DNA from: Octopus vulgaris
Lineage: Eukaryota
Length of the DNA stretch: 64,000 bases
Assembly: GCA_951406725.2 (NCBI GenBank)
Contig: OX597816.1
Coordinates: 25,730,001-25,794,000 of the forward strand
Direction: 5' to 3'
The notes beneath the pieces were generated by a model that had not been told where the DNA came from, did not search any database, and was given only the letters and a program-made list of their open reading frames with translations. Each line of letters begins with the position of its first letter. The first letter of the stretch is position 1. Position numbers and translations under genes: made by a program. Shown piece after piece: positions 12,325-25,100 of the stretch.

Positions 12325-12965
12325 TCTCTTTTACTCTTTTACTCTTTTGCTTGTTTCAGTCATTTGACTATGGTCATGCTGGAGCACCGTCTTTAGTCGA
12401 GCAAATCGACCCCAGGATTTATTCTTTGTAAGCCTAGTACTTATTCTATAGGTTTCTTTTGCCAAATCGCTAAGTTACAGGGACGTAAACACACCAGCAT
12501 CGGTTGTCAAACGATGTTGGGGGTACAAACACAGACACACAAACGTATACACACAGACACACACACACACACACATATATAGTTAATCAAATCATGAAAA
12601 CACAAAGAGAAAACAACAACGCGAGGACGTGGATCAAGTATAGTGTTATTGGACGCTCAGGAAAAGAAAGAAAGTAGGAGGATTTAACGTTTCGAGCGGA
12701 ACTCTTTGTCAGAAACATAGGAAAAGGAAAGATCCAAGGAAGCGAAGACGGAGGAAAAAAATCGCCAACGATACACACGCAGTCACATACATACATATAT
12801 ACGACGGGCTTCTTTCAGTTTCCGTCTACCAAGTCCACTCACAAGGCTTTGGTCGGTCCGAGGCTACAGTAGAAGACAGTTGCTCAAAGGTGCCACGCAT
12901 TGGGACTGAACCTGGAACCATGTGGTTGGTAAGCAAGCTACTTACAACACAGCAACTCCTACGCC
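12325..12965 (-). mobile_element. Family B SINE with a ~200-bp insertion (12585-12790) in its microsatellite
   Basis: Both SINE halves match consensus; the insert carries a hammerhead-like core. Confidence 0.8.
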
Positions 12966-13547
12966 CTGTATTTGTGTGTGTGTGTGTGTGTGTGTGTTTT
13001 GTTAATATGTTACTATATATGCATTTTATTTAAATTATTGTTAAACAAAGAGTATATTTAAGATAAACTGTTAAACTGGAAACGAAAAAGAAATGTAAAA
13101 ACAAAAATGAGGTGAAAATCAATATATGTTCATTGTAACTACGTGTTTAAAACCAAGAGAAACAAACAAGTCAATATTGCAGACGTTTTGTTTGTAACAG
13201 ATGTAATAATATTGAACCGATGTTAATCTGCGAATCTTCAATAATTTGCAATTGTTTCAGTTTATTAAATTCCCAAACAACATGTTTTCTTAATAAATCA
13301 TTTCCGGATTGGTAAGTCGAGAACAGCTACAACGACGACGACGACAGTGACATGAAGAAGGAGGAGGAAGAGGAGAAGAAGAAGAAGAAGAAGAAGAAGA
13401 AGAAGAAGAAGAAGAAGAAGAAGAAGAAGAAGAAGAAGAAGAACAACAACAACAACAACAACAACTAGAACAAGAACAAAATCAACAACAACATCAGCAA
13501 ACACAACAGCAACGACAACAAAAGTAATGTTAATAATCGTTTCACCT

Positions 13548-13738
13548 TTAAGCACAAGGCCTGGAATTTATGAGGAAGGGGGGACTTGTCGATTACATCT
13601 AGAACTTAAGTCATCGACTCCGAAAGGATGAAAACTATGGTCGACCTCGGCGGAATTTGAATTCAAAACTTAAAGATGGACGAAATGCTGCTAAGCTTTT
13701 TGTCCGTCGTACTAACCATTCTACCAGCTCGCTGCTTT
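13548..13738 (-). mobile_element. SINE family A, diverged
   Basis: GTCGACCTCGGCGGAATTTGAA core and CCAGCTCGCTGC head on the minus strand. Confidence 0.75.
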
Positions 13739-13892
13739 AATGATGGCAACCTTGAACTTGCGTTTCCTTCTTGAATCATTCTGTGTTTCAGGGAGATCTA
13801 GCTACCGTTTCCACCCAGTCGAGAAACCAAGTCGAATGTCCCCTGTTTTTGTCGTTTCTACCTCCAAGATAGTCCTGATAGAGCGTATATTA

Positions 13893-14458
13893 TTGGGTTA
13901 TCCGGAAAGTTCGTGCCGATTTTTAAAGGAAAGAAAGAGGTCAATAAATACTTGCCATTACATTTTCAATCAACCAAATATGAACCATTTTGTTGCACAA
14001 TGCGTCTCCATCTTTTCTTTAACCTGAAAATACCCACTTCCCGGAATTGAGATGGTTTCATGGCAAAGAATTCATCAAGGTATCTTTTTACGTCATCCAA
14101 GGAATTGAAATTTTTACCATTAAGACTATTCTGCAGAGATCTGAATAAGTGGAAATCCGAAGGAGCACTATCTGGTGAATATGGAGGATGGGGTGACACA
14201 TCCCAGCCAAGCTGCAGCAATTTTTGTCTGGTTCCCAAAGCATCAAGTGCCGAAAATGAACTTTCTTATCTTCCATTTTAAAGGGTTACAGAATTAACAC
14301 AGGTTATAGGAACATAAATCTTCTTCCACGAAAAGATAGCTTAAACTGTGCTCCAAATGGAGGTGTAGTCAAATCCTATTTCATGGACTCAACCATGTTC
14401 TAAAATAAGCGGAAAGGTAAGCTACTATAAATCGGCACGAACTTTCCGGACAACCCAA
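13893..14458 (-). mobile_element. Internally deleted mariner transposon, copy 1
   Basis: ~30-bp TIRs TTGGGTT(A/G)TCCGGAAAGTTCGTGCCGATTT with TA flanks. N-terminus MEDKKVHFRHLMLWE is fused to the C-terminal HPPYSPDSAPSDFHLFRSLQNSL..RWRRIVQQNGSY. Confidence 0.95.
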
Positions 14459-15471
14459 TACTTTTCTGCTAGGCACTTCCACGTCATATGTCTAAACAGA
14501 GGTAAACTTTATAAAAATTTCAAAAAAAAAAATAAAGAAAAGTTGTAGGGGAAGAACAGAGATGAAAAACAAGTCAAAAACAAATTTAAAACGCTACGAT
14601 GAAAATATTTTGCGCGTTAATTCAAATAACATAGTAAAACAAAAATTTTAAAACGAACGAATTTATCTGACAACCCAATATTTAATTTTACAGCCGAGTA
14701 CTGATACAACTTATCCGACCAGCTTCCACACTGTTTCTGCCCTTACAAATTTACTAACAAGCTTCGTGTCTACAAGGAAGCATTATAGAATACATGATAA
14801 ATGGTATATTACATACTAAACAACCTAAATTCTTGAGTTATTAACGTCATCTTCGAACTCTGAGGATGTATCATAATTACAAAATGGTAATGAGGACCAG
14901 CTTCATTATGAGAAAGGGACATAATTTCGAGAGTCAAGTATCCTCCAAAAATTAACATGCTTTTATGTATATATATAAAGGGAGAGTTTACGAAAAAAAA
15001 AACAGCAGACGAAGATAGGTGGTGTACAAAACAAACAGATGTATTAGTATAACACTCAGTAATAGAAAGTCTTTTACGTTTCGAGCCTACGCTCTTTTAC
15101 AGAAAGGGACACAAAAAACAACGAGAGAAAAAAAATGTGTGTAGTGGCTATGTGTGCGTGTGCATGTGAGTATAATGTATGTATGTATGTATGTATGTAT
15201 GTATGTATGTATGTATGTATGTATGTATGTATGAATGTATGTATGTATGTATATATGTATGGATGTTTGTATGTAAAGGTCTGTGCTACGTCGCTTTGTG
15301 TACAATTGGTAACATATGCGGTCTGTTTCCTATCAGACAGCCAATAATGAAATCGCCACATACACCGGACCATTCAGCTGATGATAGCCGCTACAAACCC
15401 TGTTGCCAACCCCTCAAGGAGTGGGGGTGGGGATTCATCAAATGAATAGACGAACCCAACATGGGATCAAT

Positions 15472-15663
15472 AGCGAGCTGGGCGAAATGCCGATCGGTAT
15501 TTCGTTCGCCTTTACGTTCTGAGTTCAAATTCTGCCGAGGTTGACTTAGCCTTTCATCCTTTCGGTGTCGATAAATTAAGTACTAGTTGCGTACTGAGGT
15601 CGATCTAATCAACTGGCCCCCTCCACACAAATTTCGGGCCTTGTGCCTCGAGTAGAAAAGAAT
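15472..15663 (+). mobile_element. SINE family A, variant tail
   Basis: Core and tail match 9866-10085. Confidence 0.8.
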
Positions 15664-15937
15664 AATGCGAGAAAACAGATATATTCGGGAAGGTGTTTGA
15701 GGGCGCTGTAAGACGATTTTAAGAGTGTGAAATGCCTAGGTGTTGCAAGAAGATCTGTATATGAGTAAGGATCGGCCAGTTTCTGGTCGTTGCACCTAAT
15801 GTAGAGCCACTGACAGGAAAGAAGTCCTATTTGGAAAGAGAATGTAGTTTTATATACACTTCACTTCACGTAAATACTTCACATACAAGAAATTCTTAGA
15901 ACTAATAACTGGCAACGGACACTTCAGTTACTGTCCT

Positions 15938-16945
15938 ATGTATGTAAGTATATACACACATATTTACGTATGTATGTATGTATTATGTATGTATGCATGC
16001 ATGTATGTATGTATGTATGTATGTATGCATGTATGCATGTATGTATGTATGTATGTATGTATGTATGTATGTATGTATGTATGTATGTATGTATGTATGT
16101 GTGTATGTATGTATGTATGTATGTATGTATGTATGTATGTATGTATGTATGTATGTATGTATGTATGTATGTATGTATGTATGTATGTATGTATGTATTT
16201 ATTTATGTATGTATGTATGTATGTATGTATGTAGTTATGTATGTATGTATGTATGTATTTATGTATGTATGTATGTGTGTATGTATTTATGTATTTATGT
16301 ATGTATGTATGTGTGTATGTATTTATGTATTTATGTATATATGTATGTATGTATGTATTTATTTATGTATGTATGTATGTATGTATGTATTTATGTATTT
16401 ATGTATTTATGTATGTGTGTATGTATGTATGTATGTATGCATGTATGTATTTATGTATGTATGTATGTATGTATTTATGTATGTATGTATGTGTGTATGT
16501 ATTTATGTATTTATGTATTTATGTATGTATGTATGTATGTATGTATTTATGTATTTATGTATGTATGTATGTATGTATTTATGTATGTATGTATGTATGT
16601 GTGTATGTATTTATGTATATATGTATGTGTGTATGTATGTGTGTATGTATGTATGTATGTATGTATGTATGTATGTATGTATGTATGTATGTATGTATGT
16701 ATGTATGTATGTATGTATGTATGTATGTATGTATGTATGTATGTATGTATGTATGTATGTATGTATGTATGTATGTATGTATGTATGTATGTATTTATTT
16801 ATGTATGAATGTATGTATGCGTATGTATGTATACATGCATGCTTGTGTATGTATGTATGTATGTATGCATATATGCATGCATGCATGCTTGTACGTGTAT
16901 GTACGTGTATGTACGTGTATGTATGTATGTATGTATGTATGTATG

Positions 16946-16976
<31 letters not shown>

Positions 16977-17090
16977 GTATGTAAGTATGTATGGATGGAT
17001 GGATGCATGCATGCATGCATAAATCTTTGTATGTATGTATGTATGTATGTATGCTCGCATGCATGTTTGTATGTATGTATGTAGATACGC
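15938..17090. repeat. ~1.15-kb (TATG)n microsatellite with TATT/TGTG variants
   Basis: Read directly. Confidence 0.95.
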
Positions 17091-17200
17091 ATGTAGATAT
17101 CGATTTATATGTTAAGCTGGCTTCCAAGAAGACAGTAGTGATACCCAATTTATACTAAGATTATGTGTTATATATTGATTATTCTAAGAATGCGGGTATC

Positions 17201-17240
<40 letters not shown>

Positions 17241-17241
<1 letters not shown>

Positions 17242-17534
17242 TAGCAGTATCGCCCGGCGTTGCTCGGGTTTGTAAGGGAAATAACCATATAAGCATTTTT
17301 AGAGAGTTATTTCCTGTATACAAAACCGAGCGAAAAATGGATTAAAAATGCGGAAAAACGATGGTAATTTTTTTTTTTAATCGTAGACTCATTGTAGACG
17401 CGCGCTAATACCCAGAAGGGCTCGATATGAATCACGACTATAAGATACCCGCTTTTGGTTAAACTGCACTGCAAAATGTGGGAGTAGTTAGGAATCTAAA
17501 TCGAAGGGGACAGACACTCACACAACTACAGTTT

Positions 17535-17540
<6 letters not shown>
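17241..17540 (-). mobile_element. Non-autonomous Helitron-like element in (TA)n
   Basis: Terminal CTAG at 17241-17244 next to hairpin CCCGGCGTTGCTCGGG; ACAGAC/ACAC motif near the other end. Confidence 0.7.
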
Positions 17541-17619
<79 letters not shown>

Positions 17620-17649
17620 AATATATATATATATATGTATGCGTATATG

Positions 17650-17711
<62 letters not shown>

Positions 17712-18317
17712 CACATACATATATATATATACATACATATATGTATATATCCTTCAACATCTCAGATGTAAGATCTCTTCCCTGAAGACAGAGGCCCGTC
17801 GCATCCTACGATGGAATCAATCTAGAAACATTATTTTGGACTGTCGAGCCCCCAGAAACAGCTGTTGGATTTGTAATACTTTTCTTCGACCCCTTTAATT
17901 CTCTATATCATTTCTATTCTCAGCAAGTCAGACCTTTTTGTATGTATACATATATACATTATTTGTATTTCGTGTATTTAATATACTTTATGTATTGATC
18001 CGTCTAAGTTGCTTATCCCTACATTTACTTAAGTGTTTGCGTGTGTGTGTGTGAGTGTGTGTGTGCGTACCTATGCCCGTGTGTTGATGTACGTGGAAGC
18101 ATGTATGTAGTCATAATAATGTAAGTAATCAGTAATACACTTCAACTTGACCGCATCGTATTAACCATCGACCGACCACAATAACTATTAATGGTTACTT
18201 GTTGTAGTGGATGGCCGAAATATCTTTGCTCCGCGTTACAATTCATGTTGGTATTCTCGGTGGCCCACGAACGTATCAAGACACTCTTAAAATCAGCTTC
18301 ACTATGAAAGATAAGCA

Positions 18318-18527
18318 AACGCAGGCGTGGTTTTGTGATAGAACTCTTGTTCCCCAACCACAAGGTTCGGGGTTCAATATCACTGTGTTATAGCTTGGGC
18401 TGCTACCTTCCACTATAGCCTCGGGCCGACCAAAATCTTGTGAGTGGATTTGGTAGACGGAACCTGAAGGAAGCCCGTCGTATGTATATATATATGTGTG
18501 TGTGTTTGTTTGTGTGTATGTGTGTGT

Positions 18528-18580
<53 letters not shown>

Positions 18581-18670
18581 TTTGTGTCTGAGCTTGTCCA
18601 CATCCCTGCCGCTTGACAACCGGTGCTGGTGTGTTTACGTACACGTAACTTGGCTGTTCGGGGTTGATAC
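18318..18670 (+). mobile_element. SINE family B, 3'-truncated
   Basis: Consensus match with long internal (TG)n. Confidence 0.75.
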
Positions 18671-18799
18671 ATTCTACAAAAACTTTCTTCTAGTGACTGA
18701 AGCAATTAAAAGGCAAAAGGTAAGACTTAAGCTGATTTTAAGTTATACAAGTTACTAAGGCCCTAAATGTGGACTCTTTCCTTGTATATATATAGGAGT

Positions 18800-18962
18800 G
18801 TCAGGAGTGGCTGTGTGGTAAGTAGCTTACTTATCAACCACATGGTTCCGGGTTCAGTCCCACTGCGTGGCATCTTGGGCAAGTGTCTTCTGCTATAGCC
18901 CCGGGCCGACCAAATCCTTGTGAGTGGATTTGGTAGACGGAAACTGAAAGAAGACTATCGTA

Positions 18963-19043
<81 letters not shown>

Positions 19044-19232
19044 CTGTGTTTGTCCCCCTAGCATTGCTTGACAACCGATGCTGGTGTGTTTATGTCCCCG
19101 TCACCTAGCGGTTCGGCAAAAAGAGACGGATATATAAGTACTAGGCTTACAAAGAATAAGTCCCGGGGTCGATCTGCTCGACTAAAGGCGGTGCTCCAGC
19201 ATGGTCGCAGTCAAATGACTGAAACAAGTAAA
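18800..19232 (+). mobile_element. SINE family B, full length
   Basis: Consensus match. Confidence 0.85.
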
Positions 19233-19282
19233 AAATATATATATAACTAAGTTCTGTGGCTGCTGTTGATAAGTTGAGTCAA

Positions 19283-19328
19283 TTGTAACGCTGATGACGC
19301 CTTCTGAGGTAGAAACGCATGTCTACAA
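19283..19328 (+). ncRNA. Minimal type I hammerhead ribozyme-like motif (Penelope-like remnant)
   Basis: TTGTAacg-CTGATGA-cGCCT tctg AGGTa-GAAAC gcat GTC-TACAA: both core boxes, stem II, short stem III, GUC site; stem I imperfect. Confidence 0.5.
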
Positions 19329-20002
19329 CTATCTTCTTTCCTCCAGACAATAAGCTTGTCCTTTTCCATAATGGCATCTCAACTTTGGAGAATTCTTAAT
19401 TCTTGAAATCTTCTCCCCTTCTCACATGGATTTGGTCTTAATTGTCAGTTGGAAATTATGATATGACGTCTAGAGGCGGATATAGTTCTCATAAAGCAAA
19501 GAATTTACTTTACAAGTTAATTGATATACATCAATTTGCTTGTGTTGTTCAAATATCTGCCACTTATTTCTTTAAGCTGAATTATTTCTTTAAGCTAATC
19601 TTTGTTTAAATCACTTCCTTTATTATACTGTGAACGGAAATTAGACTTTTCACATGCTCCCCGGTTTGTAAACCTCTCGAGTAGTTAGAAATAGCAATCA
19701 ACATTTTTCAGATCAGCTTTTTTATAATACAAAACAACGCAGAAGAAAAAAAAATGAACGCAAATAAAATGTGAACAAGGGACATAACTTTTATATTTTT
19801 ACAGGAATTACTTCCCGTACAATTCAAGGGAGAAAACTCTGCCTTCGCCACATTACTGTTTGCTATTGAATCGATATTTTTGTCTGGAATACGTTGTGCT
19901 ACGGTCACAATGGAGCGCTTCCTTGAAGGTCTTATTTCAAATCTACTCCAGTACTTTATTGTTAAAGCTTGGTACTAACTCTATCGGAATATAATGGCGA
20001 AC

Positions 20003-20875
20003 TGCTATAATGCAGCGATTGTTATGATGTAACGATGTTTATGATACAGAGATGGCAATGATGCATTGATGTTTGTGACGCAGCGTTTGTTATGACGCAA
20101 AGTTTATGACACGTTTGTTATGACGCAGCGATTGTTATGAGATACTGATTGTTATGAGGCAGGCATAGTTATGATGTAGTGATTGGTATGACGCAGCGAT
20201 AGTTTATGACACAGCGGTTGTTATGACGCAGGAATAATTATGATGCAGCGATTGTTATGACGCTGGGAGTGTTATAACTCAGAAATGGTTATACTGCACG
20301 GATGGTTATGATGTAGGGATGGTTATGACACGCGGATGGTTATGACACAGTGATTGTTATGACACAGGCATCGTTATGACGCAGGACTGATTATGATGTA
20401 GTGATTTTATGGCAAAGGGATGGTTATCATGAAACGATCGTTATGACGCAGTGATGGTTATGATACGGCGATGGTTATGACGTAGGGGTTCTTATGACGT
20501 AGCAACTGTTGTGACACAGGTATGTTTACAATGTACGTATGGTTATAACACAGCAATGGTTAGAGCGTAGGGATTATTATGCGGCAGGAATGGTTATGGC
20601 ACAGCAATTGTTATGACACAGCGACGGTTATGGTGCAGAAATAGTTATGGCGTAACGAACGTTATGACGCAGCGTTAATTATGACACAAGGATGTATTAT
20701 GATGCAGCCAAGGTTATGACACAGGGAAGACTATAATGCAGCGATTGTTATGACGCAACGATTGTTATGACGTACTGATTGCTGTAATGCAAGGGTGATT
20801 GTGACATAGGGATGGTTATGACACAGGGACGGTTATGGCGTAAGAATTGTTATAATGCAGCGATAATTTTGACGC
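20003..20875. repeat. Diverged 17-bp minisatellite, ~50 units (consensus ~TGTTATGACGCAGCGAT)
   Basis: GTTATGA recurs about every 17 bp. Confidence 0.9.
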
Positions 20876-21619
20876 ACGCTGGGCTCTGGTACTATCATGC
20901 TCTATAGCTTCGGCTTGTCTACAGCGCAGGTGTAGCTATGGCACTCGCATGGCAATGACACAATTAGGTTAAGACAGAAATATTACAAGGCTACAACAGA
21001 AACATTACAAGGTCAGAAATATAACTGTAGTTGTTTTTCGGATGTAGATGTAATTTATTGGTTGTTTAAAAACTACCGCCTAGCGTACTTCATTCCTTTG
21101 CAAGCATTCAAACCGGAAATACACGGTCTAAGATAACTCGATATCTAGAGGCACTGCTTCCTACTGCAACAAGCTCAGAGCTGTTCGTTGTTCCACTTAA
21201 CTTCCTCCTCTTCATTTGTGCCTGAGGTCGTACAGAAGACCATGGCTGCTTCACTTCCTACTCTGTTAAAACCATTAATGATAATCGTCTGCATTCTATT
21301 AAACACCTTATAAAACCTTAGTTCTTGTTAACACTTAAACGGTGGATATCAGCCATTGATGTTTCATTAGAGAACAGCTGATGTCATCAATTGGTGTTTC
21401 AAAACTTTTACGTGGACATCATCAATTGATGCCCAACCGTCTACTTCGTCAAACTCTCCTGTTTATGTGTGTTTGTATTTGTATGTGTGTGTGTGTGTGT
21501 GGGAGTGTCTCCATATGTGCACGTGATTATACGTGCGTTCAGCCCACTGCATTGGTTTTCTGTATTACCAACTGCATTTAGAGAATGCGAATCAGTTTGC
21601 TGTATAGGTGACCTATGTA

Positions 21620-21930
21620 TCTATAATATAAATTGGACATAGGCGAGCGTTGTATTCTTTCTTGTCTTGAGGTTCACAGCCAAACGGCTCGGTGGATTCG
21701 TGTGGAAAATGGCACACATGTGGAGACAGGTGCATAGATTGGAATGCAGACCTGAAGCTGTTTTCTGAGAGGTGGTAAGGAGAGAAATTTTCATACAACT
21801 GGAAGCTCCAATCGAAACAGGGGACCCGAAATGATAAGGTTGAGAAACGCTGTTATAGATTATACCTAACCGAAAATGTTCACACCCACATCATCCAAAT
21901 AGACCGGGTGAAACCGGGTTTAACTGCTAG
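21620..21930 (+). mobile_element. Non-autonomous Helitron, short form
   Basis: A|TC start, subterminal CCGGGTGAAACCGG hairpin, CTAG|T end; both ends homologous to 30110-30989. Confidence 0.75.
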
Positions 21931-21942
21931 TGTACATATATA

Positions 21943-22418
21943 CGTCTGCCTGTCTAAGTCTATGCATTTCTTCAATTAAAAATTATATAGAACATGGTGT
22001 TTTTTAATACTTAATGGACGTCATTCATTAATGTTTCGTTTGAGAACAGCAGACGACATCAATTCATGTGTCAAAAAGTTTACATTGAGACTGCAATAAT
22101 GCGTCTCTCTCTCTGAGTCTATGCATTTCTTCAATTAAAAATTATATAAAGCATACTGTTTTTTAATACTTAATGGACATCATCCATTAATGTTTCGTTT
22201 GAGAACAGCAGACGACATCAATTCATGTGTCAAAAATTTTACATTGAGACTGCAATCATGCGTCTGTCTGTCTGAGTCTATGCATTTCTTCAATTAAAAA
22301 TTATATAAAGCATGGTGTTTTTTAATACTTAATGGACATCATCCATTAATGTTTCGTTTGAGAACAGCAGACGACATCAATTCATGTGTCAAAAATTTTA
22401 TATTGAGACTGCAATCAT
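21943..22418. repeat. 159-bp tandem repeat, 3 copies
   Basis: GTCTATGCATTTCTTCAATT at 21958, 22117 and 22276. Confidence 0.95.
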
Positions 22419-22864
22419 CAATTGGCGCCCGGTCGTCTGCTTCGTTAAATACTCCTTCGCGTCAAGGACCCTTATCCTTAGGAGAACTCAAATCGCAAAT
22501 GGAATATTTATTTATACAACAACGAAGAAGATTTCTTTATGACTTCCTGTTGTCAACAGATAACGATGATGTAGATAACATACAAGAAAGTAATACTTCA
22601 ACTATCTCTGGATGGAAAAGAAGTGCAACGATTTTTCTCCATTTTGTACATTCGTTCGGCAACAACGCGGAAAATTCAAATTAATTTGAACTCAAATGGT
22701 TTTATTACCTAATTGTCATTTGTTTTTAAAATACCATTTTCAAAGTTTTAGCACCTATTCTCCTGTGTGTGTGTATTATGGTGTGTGTATTATTGTGCGT
22801 GTTTATATGTGTGTTCTCGTGGAAATAAGTATAAAAATTACCTTCAGAAATTAAAAAAAGAAGC

Positions 22865-23014
<150 letters not shown>

Positions 23015-23644
23015 GCCCGCTCATGCGCACTTTCCTGCTGTTTAAGGGTTAAACAATTCAGATTATTATTTATTTTGACCATCATTTTCCACTCCTCCTC
23101 TGCCTCCTGCACAACATCATCGTTATCAACGTCGTCCTCGTCGTCATAACCACCACCACCACCGCCGCCGCCGCCGCCGCCGACACTACTACTGTGCACA
23201 GTAGGAGAATTTTATTTAGCTTTCTCTCTACGTGTCGTCTCTGATTCTGTTTTCTTGATACCGCCATCTGTCAATCTACCTGCTTATACGTCTGTCAGTC
23301 TATCTGCTCCTCCATGTACGTACGTAAGTATGTATGTCTGTATGTATGTCTGTCTGTCTGTCTGTATGTATGTATGTATGTATGTATGTATGTATGTATG
23401 TATGTATGTATGTATGTATGTATGTATGTATGTATGTATGTATGTATGTATGTATGTATGTATGTATGTATGTATGTATGGATGGATGTATGGATGGATG
23501 GATGGATGTATGGATGGATGTATATATGCATGCATGTGTGCTCGTGTATGTATGTATCTATGTATGTATGCGTGTGAATATGTATGTATGCATGTATGTA
23601 CGTATGTCTATCTTTGTCACTCTGTCTGTCTATCTATCTATCTA

Positions 23645-23734
<90 letters not shown>

Positions 23735-24333
23735 TGCATATATATACATATATACATATACATATATGCATATATACCCACTAACAGCAGAGCAGAGTAC
23801 CATTTTTACATAACGTACCTACTTAACTCCGTCCCGCAGACAACAGAGAAAAAAAAAATTTATTCGCAGAACCTTAACCAAACTAATGACAGACAAAAGC
23901 TATTCCCTTGAAATCTTTCAGAATTCCATAACCAAATGTTATACGGCGGAAGTGCTGATGAACGTATGGCTTTTCAGTTTTCCTTTTTTCTTTGCGGCAG
24001 TTTGCTTGCAAATCCTGCAAATTTCCGGTACAAGTTGTTATTAAAACTGTTACCCACCTACTTAATCGCCATATCATAAATGAAAATAAACTCCCACATT
24101 GTAATGATATTTAAAGCTGTCACTCACATGTTCAACCTAGCTTTCAAATATATTCCTGCGTTTCCTTTGCTGTTGTTCATCAGTTATTTTACGTGTAAAA
24201 GTACAGTTTGATTCTCTCCAGTTCGCCTGACGCTACCGTTATTATTTCGATAGTCGGTTTTTTTTTTTTTTTATCCGGGAGGGTCGGGAACTTGTGTCTT
24301 TCACACACACACATGTATGTAAGTATATGTATG

Positions 24334-24404
<71 letters not shown>

Positions 24405-24748
24405 AAAACGGTATGTAGAAAAAGGAAATACAACATGGACAAGAACGTATAACTCTTAGAAGACGATACAATAAACACGGACAGGACATTCGAAACCCTC
24501 AGTCTTCAGTCAAGAACCGGATCATCGTAGTAATTTCGGCTGATTAATCTTGAGATTACTAGATATATATATATATATATATATATAGATAGATAGATAG
24601 ATAGATATAGATATACATATTACCTACTACATACATGCATATATACATACATATATACATACATACATACATACATACATGCATACATATATACATACAT
24701 ACATATATACATACATGTATATATACATACATATATATATATGTATAT

Positions 24749-24826
<78 letters not shown>

Positions 24827-25049
24827 GTATGTATGTATGTATGTATGTATGTATGTATGTATGTATGTATGTATGTATGTATGTATGTATGTACGCATGT
24901 ATGTGTGTGTATGTGTGTATGTGTGAGTAATTTATTTGAATTGGAAATTTTGGCAAAGGAAGACCAGAAGAGATAATTTTCGTTACTTGGTGGTGTTGTT
25001 GTTATTGTTGCTGCTGTTTTTGTCGTTATTATTAACGTATTTTGCTTAC

Positions 25050-25081
<32 letters not shown>

Positions 25082-25100
25082 CATCATTATTATTATTATT

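Noticed and set aside
13966-14276. Active or domesticated mariner transposase
   Set aside because: Most of the ORF is deleted and the N- and C-terminal remnants are out of frame.
15970-17022. 350-aa ORF and the many MYVC/YI/HT/LSIY/poly-I ORFs across the window
   Set aside because: Translations of stop-free microsatellites, open in several frames and on both strands.
20003-20875. CRISPR-like or coding interpretation of the 17-bp array
   Set aside because: Period too short, variable parts related to each other, no cas genes, eukaryotic context; recurring TGA/TAA with a 17-bp period stops all frames.
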